From the human T2T-CHM13v2.0 reference genome, Homo sapiens: DNA of 64,000 nt. The first letter of the stretch is position 1, and every line of letters starts with the position of its first letter. Both the position numbers and the translations under genes were made by a program. The notes under the pieces were generated by a model that worked only from the letters and a program-made list of their open reading frames with translations, did not search any database and was not told where the DNA came from. The stretch lies in NCBI RefSeq assembly GCF_009914755.1, contig NC_060928.1. One strand, written 5' to 3'. Of this stretch, positions 46,401 through 62,676 are shown one piece after another.

Positions 46401-49400
46401 ATTACATCAGCACTAAAATACTGGTGCTAGAAGGGGAATATGGTATAAATATCCCCTTCCCTATGTCTCTAGACAACATATCTGACTTACCAATCATCCA
46501 TTTTACATGTTAGGTTGTGATACTCCTGAAGAAAAAGAAGTTTGTTCAATTTTTTATGATTTACAATGGCTTTATATTTTCATTAATTTTTTCCAAAGAT
46601 TGAATGAGCTTAAAACACCAACTCAGCTATTAGGACAGACAGGCAAAAAACATGTTTGTTTTGAGTCTTTCAAATACAAAGTTTGGATATTTCAATTGTC
46701 TTCACCATTTAGGACAATTTTCTTCAGATAAAAATTTAAAATCATCACTTCAGAAGCCATTTAAAATTCCAACAAAACTGAAAGTAGTAAAGACCTAATT
46801 GAAGACAATGTTGAGGTCTTATCTACATTTGTGCACATGTGGCTGATGCAATAATGATTTGGTTATTGTGAACATGATGATAACTATGGTCAAATTAAAC
46901 ATATTTATATAGGCATATTTTAGGAATATGAAACAGATAACTTAGCCATGCTATTATCCAATCATTTCTTAATTGCATGCTAATTTTATATACTCAGTTG
47001 TGATTCTGGTTCTTGTACTATCAAGCTGTCTATTTTGGTAGTAGATATATGAAAGCACCTGGGTAACATACAAGTTGGAGAAAACTAACACTCTTTCTTG
47101 GTTTCTTTGTCACTATCACCCTTGTTGTGAAAAAAGATCATAGCTTTTTCTACCTAATCCCCATTTCATCTTTCTGTGTTATTTGTTTCCCTTTAGTTGT
47201 AACACAATGAACTCAGATTAATAAGAAAATAGCATCACAGTTTAAGATAATATTGATTCTGGAGAACAACCGAGAATGCTGTGTGTTTTCCTTGACGAAT
47301 TGATAGGATGGAATTCTAGAATATCCTTCTGAAGAAAAATTCAACAGGTTATAAAACCCAGGCTCAATGACCCCAGAAAACCATGAGTGTTTGAATAACC
47401 ATCAACAAGGGGATGGATGATTCTGGAAGGTTAATATAATATGTGCCTTTTTTGAAACAATCTTTATTTGCTTTTATGTTTCTACAGAAATGCTATCCAC
47501 ATTCACACTAATTTGTGGAGTTTGTGTGTGTGTGTGTGTTTCTTCACCCTTAGGAATCACAAAGAGAATACTTTGAGAAAAAAAAGTTCTCAGAAAATTT
47601 GTCATTTTTGTAGGATGCTGATCTTTTCACTATTTCTACAAGGTATGCAGCTGCATAGCAAGCAGGGATACAGAGGACTTTCCTGCTGAGCTAACAGGTT
47701 TCTGTTGTGATGGAAACAAGTAAAAATTATAGTAATTTTGAGGGTCAGTAGCACAACTATCCTACATCATATGCTTAGATGGAAATTTTGTATGTCAGCT
47801 GGATTATAACCACTGCTGATTTCTTAACCCTGCTTAATATCAGGGAGGATTTTACCTGGCACTTTCGGTTCATTTCCTTTAACAAAATTACTTTTAATAA
47901 TGTTATTCTTTTTTCTCATGAGAATAGTTTACTACTCATCTCTCTGGTTTCTTACTAACAGAAGCTTCTGTTTACTAACAATTAATTCTGGCTATGTTAT
48001 TGAAACTTAAGAAGCAATAATATAGGAGAAAAGGGGATCAACACAAAATGTTTTTTCTTTCCTTAACAGCTACCCAGACAGTAGTCCTATCTAAACAGGG
48101 CAGCATCTTCAGAAATTTCTCAGAAGCACACCAAAAAAATCATAAAATGAGGGTAATCTGACCTCTGCCTATGCAAAGAGGTGATGTTTAATCTTCCCAC
48201 TGACCAAAGAATGAAAATCTCATTAAAAAGTAGTTTCAAGGTGATGGAAGCAGGAAGCAAGAGATGTCAGAACTCTCAAATTGTGTTCTTTATTCACATT
48301 AATATAGTTATTTAATAACAAGTGTTAGTGTGGGTGTGAAAGCAACCTTTTCTTGCAAATAAATCCCATAAGGAAATATGTATAATAAAAGTGAACTTTA
48401 CTATATGATAAAATTTCACCCTGTAATTTGTGTGGTTAGCCTAAAAGATGTGTCATCAAGATAAAAGATCTCATCTGGGATGCTGAGGATTAAGGCATTC
48501 AGTTTTTTTTATCCTCAAAATAAAATCGAAGCATTATCAATTACCATTTGCCAGAACTGACTCTGTCTCTGACTTTTTGACTTTTGCAACTCTCTCTACG
48601 AGCCTGTGTTGTCAATGTTTGTCTTTAGCTATAATGATCTACACACCCACCTTGGGGAATTACTATGCAAGTATCATTAAAATGGTACATGAAAAATCAT
48701 TTTGTGCTCTCAGGCTATTCAGATACTGATATAAATACAAAGGATAAATTTGCAAGTTCCAGGTCTTGGTAAGCTTCATCAAGTTTATACCAATAAGAGA
48801 CAATGCCATCAATTTCTGAGGCAGAGTGAATGGGAGTCATGATTAAGACTGACATAAGCTTGGCCCGAGTTTTTGGACTAGTAACTGAAGGTTTGATATG
48901 TCCCAAAGACATAAACCAGCACAATATGTTTTGCAAATATTTTAATTAGTTTAAAATTTTTAAGTCAAGATTTTACATAACAACACCCATTTCCAGATTC
49001 TGTTGAAAAATTTTAAGATCTAAATACAAGAACTACACTGCTTAGTACATCTTTCTGCCTGCTTCACACATCTGAGATCCTGATCCTGTTTCAGATAATA
49101 TGTTTACGAAGTCAAGAGTATGGACTGACTAGAAGTTTTAGCAACGGATACCAGTTCAAGGTCTATTTTATTTTGTCAGTATCTTAAAATTGTTAACAAT
49201 GACACATTTGAGAATTTATTCAGAATGTAAATAACAAGATAATTCTTTCCACCAAAAAAATTTATGTTCTGATACTAATTTATCTGTGTTTGTACATATA
49301 TGAAAATGCAGAAACTTCTGTGTAGATTATTTGAGACCCATTGCATGTTCTGTAATTGAGTTCAAACTGAGGAAGGAAAGAGATATTAGAAGAATAACAG

Positions 49401-49654
49401 AAAAACCTTAACTTCCACATAACATTTTATGCTATTACTCTTCAGTTAGAGAGTCTTTCTTGACTTCCTTTTGCTCAGTGCATAGAGTTCAGAGACCTGT
49501 GTATTAATTTTTTTGTGTGTGGCTTCACCTTATCTTTCTTGGTTCATTTCTTAACATTTTTCTAAGGGAATTTATCTAATAAAGTTTGAATAAATGAATA
49601 ATGGGAGAATCAGAAAAAGTCTCCACATTTGTTTGGTTTTATTAATTCATAAGA

Positions 49655-50345
49655 TTTAAAGACAGACATACTTGGATCAAATTCTAGCTTGCCACTTAAT
49701 TAGTTACGTGATCTTGAAGAACTTATTAATGATATGATGTAAACCTTTCTAAACACTAGTTTATCACCTGGTTCTTAGTATTCATGTGGATAAAATTACA
49801 TAAGAATACAAGTAAGTTTTCTCCTTTTTCCCATACAGTCCTCCCATTGTGTTAGTTTTTTGATAGTGTTCCATTTGCTTAAAACATTTCCTAGGTGTCT
49901 TCAACATATAAAAAGTTAATCATGCCTAATACAAGAATCATACCCATCACAATATTTTGTTAACATCTCCTGTAACAGAGTTTCAACCACATAATTTATT
50001 ATTTGTTTAATGATTTAAGGTTTTTCTCAGTGACTATGTTAAGATTTTTCAAGGGCAATGGAAATAACTCAACTATCTATAAAAATAGCAGGGATGATGA
50101 AAACAATTGGCATTTATATATCAAGTTTTGATAAACCAAGGGCTTTCACATACTTTATCATATATAAGATTTACTACTCAAAAAGCCTTGTAAAGTGGGT
50201 AAGGTAGGTATTGTTCTTATTACCCTAATTTCATATGTGAGCTGAGAGACCTAGAAGACCTAGAGGACATGCAGATTTTTGCCTATAGTTAGAAACCCTA
50301 ATTTATATCGTCTGCCTTTGAATCCAGAGTTTTTCTACTACATCA
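49655..50345. mobile_element. MIR relics (~49655-49810 plus; ~50105-50345 minus)
   Basis: GGATCAAATTCTAGCTTGCCACTTA and GTAGGTATTGTTCTTATTACCC. Confidence 0.55.
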
Positions 50346-51434
50346 TATTTTCTTCCAAGGAACAAATAGAATCATAGGTATATGGTTGATTGTGACAATA
50401 AAAGTTCACTGATTGATTTATGAAAACTAAGATAGGTTTTAGAATACAGATAATCTTTTCTTCACAGTTTCACAAATGTGTATTTTTATTGTCATCTGCA
50501 TTTGTAGTTATGATAAATAAGTTTGCTCTAACTTAGAGATAAAGAAACAAAGTTTTTTGATTCACCAGGGATTTCCAGACCAACAGCCCTTGGGAGGTGC
50601 TTTAAGATTGCTAAAAGTTTGTAACAGTAGCAGGCATCACCAGAGCCCATCACTCCTTAGAGTAGTACACTCTGGTTTCCATGTCCCTGTGAAGACTGTG
50701 TATCACATTTCTGTCCCCAAAAGGTGCTTGTGTCACATCCCTGACTCCAAAAGTGTTTTAATTTTTTACCTCTGGTAAATACATTGCCCTTGAGTAATGT
50801 TTTATCCTTGGAAATAGTTTCTTATGACCCATCTGAAAGGATGTTAGTTTCAATGGGCTCTGGGATCCCAGCCCTCACTACTACATGTGGTTTCTACTTA
50901 ATGGATTCTGTCTCGTCTGTCCCTGATATTTTTTCAAGTTAATTATTTGTAGTGATATCACAGTGAATAAAAAGTCCTCAAGGTGAAAAACCGGAATAGT
51001 GCTTACAAGTAAATGGCCAACCTAATGATGGGTCTGAAATATATGCCTCAAGAAGGTACAATACTGTTTATATTAATTTTACAAGGTCATAGATAATGGA
51101 TCTGTACTATTGTAATCAAACAGAGGACGCATGATATAATCCAAAAGAGACGCAAATGGGTCTGGGCGCTGGAGATTGCTCATGTTAAAGGAAAGGTCAG
51201 AATACTTATGCACCATCTACTGGATGGTTAAGCTTTCAAAACCAATGTAATCATATACAAATGCGCTGAGATTGATTTAGATTAGGTATGCAAGCATACC
51301 TAGTCTTTATATTGGTCATCAGCCCTCAATATGAAAAAGATTCTTCAGTAGATTGTGGTACATTATATGTTAATGAATTTGACTTTTTTTTTTTTTTACG
51401 GTGACCATTGTGTCACATTCCAATTCATACGGAT

Positions 51435-51830
51435 TAGAGGTTCCCAACCCATAATAAGCCTCAGAATCACCTGGTGAATTTGTTAATACACAGACTTCTG
51501 TCTCTCTGTTAAGTTTCTGATTTACTAGACCTGAGCTGGGAAAAAGGAATTATTTCTAACAAGTTCCCATGATGGCCGGGTGCGATGGCTCACGCCTGTA
51601 GTCCCAGCTTACTTGGATGGCTGAGGCGTGAGAATTGCTTGAGCCCAGGAGGCAGAGGTTGCAGTGAGCCAAGATTGCCCCACTGCACTTCAGCTTGGGC
51701 AACAGGGTGAGACCCAGTTTCAAAAATAAATAAATAAATAAATAAGTAAATAAATGAAAATAAAAATAATTAAAAATAACTAGTTCCCAGGTAATGCTGA
51801 TGCTGCTGGTCTATGGGTAGCATTGATACA
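51435..51830. mobile_element. MER5A-like hAT element split by an Alu monomer
   Basis: TCAGAATCACCTGG...TTTCTGATTTACTAG...TAACAAGTTCCCA, resuming after the Alu as GGTAATGCTGATGCTGCTGGTC. Confidence 0.75.
51574..51776 (+). mobile_element. Monomeric Alu (left-arm start fused to right-arm body)
   Basis: GGCCGGGTGCGATGGCTCACGCCTGTA runs directly into GTCCCAGCT. (TAAA)n tail. TSD TAAC(A/T)AGTTCCCA. Confidence 0.88.
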
Positions 51831-51999
51831 GATTAAAAAGTTATTAGTGTAGCAAATCCCCCAGATACCCTTTATTAAAGCAGTTTCAGATGGTCTGATT
51901 TAGCCTGATTCCACTACCATTATAAAGTGTTTTCTTGATGCTAACACACCTTGCTAGAGCACTAATAGTGGCTGAGAATGCCTAAGAATTTTTATTTGA

Positions 52000-53700
52000 G
52001 ATTTATTTTTTACATAAAATAATACTTGCAAATAATGTTTTAAATCCAATCATACTATGAAGACTATGGTGGTAACCAGCAATCCTCTTACCCACCTCCC
52101 CTACTTGCAATTTCTGATACCAAGGGGCAACTGTGTCAATCTTTTATTTTCATTCTGTCATATGACTCCATATTTATAGATAACGTGTATATCACTGTTC
52201 TCTATTTTTTCCTATTTTGGTTTTATCTACTGCTTTCCCATTATAGAAAATATCTATTTAACTGTCTTATTCCAGTCTTTTCCTCAACCTCCAGTATACT
52301 TATGTTAGTTAAGCCAATATTCCGGTTAGATTATTCATATCTGAATCAAACAACCTGCTATGATTAGGATTTCTTTTTTATACATTGTTTTTGTTTCTTA
52401 TAGCCTTATCAACTGGCCCACTTTTCATTTGCTTAGTTTTTAATATATATCATTAATGCATTCTAATCTCTTTGGAAGAACTGTAATTCTCATTTCAATA
52501 TTTTTTTTAAAGGAAAGAAGTTCTGTGTGTGTGTGTGTGTGTGTGTCTGTGTGTCTGTGTGTGTGTGTTTCTGTGTGTGTGTGTGTGTGTTTTCCCACAG
52601 AGACATCCTTTCTGGAGCTTCTCTCCTTTCCCTTATACAGTTGGACTGGAGGATCTCTGGACTTGCTACCATTTTGCCACCTCTCTGCAATGTTGTATCT
52701 TTTTCCTTCTGTCTCTAATTTTGTTTGTTTTTCTGTTTCTCAGTAGGATTCCTTTGACCTTCATTTTCCAAACTGTGTCTTAATTTTTCTCTCCCTGATA
52801 TCACATTTTTACATTTCAGGAACTCTCTCTGATTCTCTAAATGCTTCTTTTTAAAAATCTGTATCTCCGAAGGAACTTTTCTTAAAGTTCTTTGAGAAAA
52901 TTAAATTTAGAGTTTTTGAAGCTTTTATCTGCAGCTTACATTGCCTCTGTTTTCTTCAAGTTTGGTATGCTTTTTGTTTCTTTTTGGTCTCTTAATTATA
53001 CGTTAAAGGCTCCCCAAAATCCCTGGAAATCTTTTGCTGCCTATTCATACTCATGAGTGAAGTCGTGAAAATAGTGATATGAAGTTCTCTGTGTAGAGAA
53101 GGGCTTGCTAATTAGGCTATTTCCCACATGGTTACTGGGTGTGCACCTAGGAGCCAGTACCTGCATCTCTTCCAGTTGATTTCAATTCTCCAGGTAGGAA
53201 TTCCTCCATCTCTTATGTAAGGATGTAAGCTGTGGACTGGCAGCTTTCTGGAGGTCTAGTAAGGGAAGATAACTTCATTAACAATGTTTGATACATAGGC
53301 TAACAACATAGGCTAACATGGAACCCTGATTTTCACTGCAGTTTGACAACCTTATATTTAACTGTTTCTGGTGGCCTGAGAACATACCATTGACGCTCCA
53401 GTCTTCTATGGGTGGGAGTACAGTGGATGGCCCTCAGAAATCACTCCCTTGTTTGAGTCGAAGAGAGAACCCAGAAGAGTCTAGCTGCCCCTTATTAAAA
53501 ATGGTCAATCTTTATCTTTTCACATTTAACCTGACAGTCAGATATATAAAGTGTCCCCAGTTTTTACACATTTTGAAAATTCCGTGCCATAAAAAAATAC
53601 TTCCTTCCCAGCAGTTCCCAGCTATTTACAAAAACTTTATGTGAGTTCTAGTATCTTCTTTCCTGATGCATCTGATGCTTTATTGTCATTTTCATTTGGC
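52000..53700 (-). mobile_element. Probable HAL1 or old L1 relic
   Basis: T-rich decayed LINE-like composition (ATATCACATTTTTACATTTCAGGAACTCT). Boundaries are uncertain. Confidence 0.4.
52524..52590. repeat. Interrupted (TG)n microsatellite
   Basis: Read directly from the sequence. Confidence 0.95.
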
Positions 53701-54964
53701 TGCTGGAGAGAGTAAATGTTAACTTTTGTGTTCAATTAACTTTTGTTCAATCTGCATTATATTACTACTTATTAAGAATTCGCTATATTACATATATCAA
53801 AATAAGGAAAATAGAGTGTCCCTGGTATTCAGAGAGAGCTTAAACGCTGGAGTTTACACAAGAATACCTCCATGTTTCATGTCAAAATTTATTTTAAAAT
53901 TATCTATTTTAATCTGAAAGTTATGTTTGTAAATTAGTGTTATCTAAATCAGTGTAGGAGATTTTCATTAGTGTTCAGTACTTATCACTGTAAGAGCATG
54001 GCTGAGACAAAACATGGGTTACATATTTCATATTCATTTGATTCTTTAATACTTTCTTTGTATAGCTGAGTTCAAAAATTTCTAATTATAAGTTGATCAT
54101 CAATTCAAAAAAATGTTTGATTTTTTTAAATGTTTGCTATATATCCCCAAAACTGTACTTTTCCATTTTCTTTTACTTTTACCATGTCATTTTCTATTTA
54201 CTTTTCCATAACTTTTGTTTCATCTTCCTTTTAAAAATTATCAGTATTCCTGATATTTTACATAAACTCACCATAATCTGTATATTTGTCCCTCTTTTTT
54301 TCTGAGCTCACCAATATTATGAGCAACAAATTCTTTGAAATGTGTAGATTATAGTCACCTGATTGGGAAAATCTTTTCTTTTATTTTCAACTACCTTTTT
54401 TAAGAAAAGAATATTATGCCCCATTTTTATCCTTTCAAAACAAGTATATCTTTTATAAGCTATGAAGATGGGCTAAAGGTAGATAATTTTTCAAAAGCAT
54501 AATGGCTGTATTATCTAAAACTAAGAAATAAGACATTTTATGTCTTGAAAAGGCTGTTAGAATAAAATTACCTCACTGAAATTATTCATCTTTTGGCTAA
54601 ATTGACTTTTTTTTGCTTTCTAGAATTTTATTTTCTTCATTCAGTGGATGTATTACTTATTTCTGAAAAAGAACAAAAGAAAAAATAGCATGTGAATTTG
54701 AAAACACTTATTTTACATTATCTTGACTACAAGATTGTGAAGATAAGCTTTATTCAAAATGATTATTGTTTCTTATTACCAGAAATAAACATCATAAAAA
54801 AGAAGTAGCTTCAGCAATGTACACAGAAATAATTTTCAAGTTGACATTATAACATATCGGACTTTGGAAAAGCATAAACTATATTTTGTGACTACAGTGG
54901 ATGAATGGGTGATAATTTCAACTATAAGTGTAAACATGCACTATGTTTCCAGAAATCTAGATGA

Positions 54965-55205
54965 GAGACAGTATTTAATAGTTTTTAAGAGCACAGTTTT
55001 GGTCTTAACAGAACTGGTCCAAGTCCTGGCTCTGCCACTGTGGTTTACCTCAAGCCATTTTAGTTATTTGATCCTCAGTTTACTCGGCAGAAAAATGGGG
55101 ATTTACAACTCGAGGCTATCATAAAGATTAAACAAACTTCTATACACAGAGTATTTAACGTAGAACCTGGCACATAGTGAGCATTCAATGAATGGTTGCT
55201 AATGT
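54965..55205 (+). mobile_element. MIR
   Basis: AAGTCCTGGCTCTGCCACT...CCTCAGTTTACTC...AAAATGGGGAT...CCTGGCACATAGTGAGCATTCAAT. Confidence 0.85.
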
Positions 55206-55589
55206 TACTACAAAGCCGTTCAGATATGTTTGATCAAAATAAATAAAACTGTACCAATCAAAACAAAATTAATTAAATGCAACACCAAAATTGGTAGCAT
55301 TACCAATATTTACACTTTGGGCAAATAAAAACAGCTAGGCATTTATGCTTACAGGTGACACGCTAAATATTAGCGTCTCTGGATGAAATAAAATAGGGAA
55401 TGATAGTTGTTGCAGGAGAGGTGTGCTCTCATTTTAAAGGTTAAAAAAAAGATTTAAAATGTGTATAAATCTGGTCACCAGCGATAGCTTTCTTTTCATT
55501 ATACTCAGAAGATTCACTTATTTAACAGATATTCTTTGATTGCCTATTATGTGCCCGGCTGTGTTTACCTACCATGCAAAAGGAAATAC

Positions 55590-55625
55590 CTCCTTTTTAT
55601 GCTTGAATACTTTCCTTTTCCACAG
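55590..55625 (+). promoter_or_regulatory. Branch point and polypyrimidine tract of the GALNTL6 exon
   Basis: TTTAT (yUnAy) with A at 55599, 26 nt before the acceptor. No other AG lies between 55583 and the acceptor. Confidence 0.6.
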
Positions 55626-55734
55626 ACATTTCCACTGGGCCTGGGAGATGGGCAATTCTATTCATGGACAGATGGTTTGAGAAGAAAGGACTGGCATGAC
55701 TATGAAAGCATTCAGAAAGAGGCTATGCGCTCAG
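55626..55734 (+). CDS. GALNTL6: Internal coding exon (probably exon 3) of polypeptide N-acetylgalactosaminyltransferase-like 6
   Basis: Acceptor TTTCCTTTTCCACAG ends at 55625 and donor CAG|GTATGA starts at 55735. The exon is 109 nt, phase 0 to phase 1. It translates to [36 protein letters not shown]+G, matching my recollection of GALNTL6 (...EPGEQQ-TFPLG...AMRS-GKGEHGKPY...). The KDWHD stem motif is shared with GALNT10. Confidence 0.95.
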
Positions 55735-56309
55735 GTATGAAGCTCAGTGTACGCCAAAGTGCTATTTCACTCGCAGCAGTGTCTCATTTGTCACGTAAAG
55801 GATCTCTAATTAGCATTTCTTCTGCACACTGTAAAGTATGTTTCATGGGGATATTGGAGGTGATACTGGACAGAACCTAAATGACTTCAAATTTCAGAGA
55901 GAAAACAAATAATGAATAGTCTTTCTAATATTAGCTGTGGTAAAAGTCATTAAAATTTAAGAAATATATAGTACTATATATTCCCAACTGCTTGTTCATA
56001 ATTTCTAGGGGTATCCTGGGATTTATCAATGAGACTTGACCTGGTAGATATGTATCTTGAGCAAGATTGACTCCTCAGAGCTGAAGTGTATCTAACTGGC
56101 AATGCAAAGTATTTAATTTGTACCAATGTTTCTAGACACTGGCGGGACGTACAGCAAGCCAGCAGGTCAAGCAGCTGGGGTTCTAAGGTTGGCAATAGTT
56201 GGAAAAGCAATCAGGCAGTTAAACGGAATCAAGTAGGTCTGTGTGTAGCAGAGTTCTAGACTTGGTGCTAGAGTTAAAGGACAAAGTAGCAAGAAAGAAT
56301 AGGTCTTTC

Positions 56310-56582
<273 letters not shown>

Positions 56583-57269
56583 CTAGAAGGACTGAAAAAT
56601 TAGGTTGTTAGGCTGTTGTGAACAGAAATTCAGAAGGGTATATCAGTAGAAATCCAGTGAAAGTGAGTAACTCATGATAGGAAGCCCATATTCTCTTATT
56701 CAGCCAAATAAGTTATTTTCACAATAAGGATGTCACAGAAATGGAGCAGCTACAGTTTGGTAAAGACATCTCAGCAGCCCTGAGACACTGCATTCAAGGT
56801 AAAATCAGCAGCAGAATTATAACTTAGCCAGGGTGTGAGGTCCTCTTGTTCAACTAGAGTTAGTAACAAAATTGTTCTGGGCTGTGAAATGTTCGTAGCT
56901 CTGTATCAGGTATGGCTGACTGAATTACAGTCTTTTTTATTTTCTTGCATTCCTTTTCTTCCAAAAAAGGCCTGCCCCACGCCCCACCCCCAGCTTTTTA
57001 AAGCAGCTTATTCCAAAGATGTTCCGTTTTCAGAGCGTCAACTTCTTCTAGGTTTTATCATCTTTCCACCTTGGCAGTGACCCCATGAATGGTCGTGAAA
57101 ATGAGTTCCTTACCAGCATCCTCACTTTTCTAGTACTTTTATTTTTTTCCTCTATTTGCTTGATCAACCCTATATTAATCCAACCACTTGTTTCTCCTTA
57201 TGACCCCAGGATGCTGAAGTTTTTTGGAAATGTTTTCATAATCTTACCAACTGAATCTTCCACAAGTTA

Positions 57270-57720
57270 ATAATAAAATAGCCCAAATTTACTGAATGGA
57301 TGTTTTATACTAAGTGCTTTGCATATGTATTTTATTTAAACCTCAGAATAACTCTGATAGGTATAATTATCCCAAATTAAGTAAAATTGAGTTCCTACAA
57401 ATTTATTAAATTTTATCCAAGTTCAAGTAGCTAATAATTTGCAGCTCTGGATTAAGAACCAGGTCTTATCATGGTCCATTATACTCCACTGTCAAATAAT
57501 AATAATTGGACAATATGGAGTAATAGCAAGGACACAACAGGAGAAAGACACACCTAGGTTCAAATCCTAGCATTTCCATACATGCACTGTGGCAAATCAA
57601 TTTCTGTTTCTGATATTCTACTTTGTAGAATTTATTTAAGGATTAAAGAAAATATACCCACAGTAATTGTCCAATTATTTGGACATATTGGAAACTCAAC
57701 TAATGATAACTGTAATTATT
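57270..57720. mobile_element. Head-to-head MIR pair (~57270-57493 minus; ~57508-57720 plus)
   Basis: TACTAAGTGCTTTGCATATGTATT on the antisense copy and ACCTAGGTTCAAATCCTAGC on the sense copy. Confidence 0.65.
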
Positions 57721-57999
57721 AATCCATGTAAGTTACTTTTACATGAATTGGTATGCCTATCCTTTGCTTGTACAAATGAGTTTTGAATACAAAATCCAGT
57801 GCTTCACATTTATATCTGCTCCATACCACCCTTTCCACCTCCTGAATAAACTTGTCTTTTCTATCTTCATCTTTGCTATGACCAAGGGAAAATTGATCAC
57901 AAAAGAAATTGGTAATATCACAAGTTTTTAAGTACAAATTCTTTGTGTAATTGAAAAGCTTTTACATGGTAGAATTTTTTTTATTCACTGGAGGATATA

Positions 58000-61551
<3,552 letters not shown>

Positions 61552-61589
61552 TAACTTTTTAAAAATTTTGTTTGCAGTAACTTTTTTAT

Positions 61590-61986
61590 TTTTTACTTTT
61601 AAAATTTCAACATTTATTTTTGTTTCAGGGGATATGTGTGCAGGTTTGTTATGAGGGTATATTGCATGATGCTGAGGCCTGGGGTGTGATTGAACCTGTT
61701 ACTCCAGTTCTCAGCATAGTGCCCAGTAGGTAGTTTTTCAACACTTGCCCACTTCACTCCCCCTGCCCTGTAGTCCCCAGTGTCTACTATTCCCATCTTT
61801 TTGTCCAGGTATGCCCAGTGTTAACCCACAAATGGGTTAACTCCCACTTATAAGTAAGAATATGTAATATTTCATTTTCCGTTTCTGGGTTAATTTGCTT
61901 AGGATAATGACATCTAAGTGTATCCATGTTGCAGCAAAGGACATTATTTCATTCATTTTTATGGCCGCATAGTATTCCATGGTATA
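61590..61986 (-). mobile_element. L1PA15-16/L1PB-like 3' fragment
   Basis: GTGCAGGTTTGTTA...TATTGCATGATGCTGAGG...TAGTATTCCATGGTAT. Confidence 0.8.
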
Positions 61987-62250
61987 CTTAAAAATAAATT
62001 TATACCTCCTAATTTCAGTCATTTTTCTATTGTAGAATAAGCATTTTGGAAACTAAATTCCCGTCTGAATATTACTTTAACTACATTGCACTGCTGTGTG
62101 ATCCAGTGTTTCACATTGTATTTGCTTTTCTTTCAGTATGTTTTGAAATGTCTAGCCCACTTAAAAAGCACTGAAATTATTTTAAAATAAGAAAATTCAG
62201 AAACTCCTTCCCAATGAAATCTCACTAATCTTTATAAAAGTATATTAGTT

Positions 62251-62538
62251 GCCAGGCGTGGTGGCTCATCCCAGCACTTTGGAATGCCGAGGCAGGCGGA
62301 TCACGAGGTGAGGAGATCGAGACCATGCTGGCTAACATGGTGAAACCCCGTCTCTACTAAAAATGTAAAAAAATTAGCCAGGCATGGTGGCAGGCACCTG
62401 TAGTCCCAGCTACTTGGGAGGCTGAGGCAGGAGAATGGCATGAACCCGGGAGGCAGGGCTTGCAGTGAGCCAAGATGCGCCACTGCACTCCAGCCCGGGC
62501 GACAGAGTAAGACTCCGTCTCAAAAAAAAAAAAAAAAA
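62251..62538 (+). mobile_element. AluY
   Basis: TSD AAAAGTATATTAG. Short deletion at GGCTCA|TCCCAGC. Confidence 0.94.
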
Positions 62539-62676
62539 GTATATTAGCATGATAGGCAGCATGCATTTCATTACATACTTTGTTAGTGTTTTCATTAATG
62601 TTGTTACATTACATTTCTGTTTCGTTCTGGTAATTACACCTCTGTGGAATATTTGGTGATTTTTTAGATATCAGTT

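Noticed and set aside
46430-46459. GAAGGGGA...TCCCCTTC hairpin
   Set aside because: An 8-bp stem is expected by chance in 64 kb.
55536-55880. The 114-aa ORF as a standalone gene
   Set aside because: Only 55626-55734 is bounded by splice sites and matches GALNTL6. The rest is open intronic frame.
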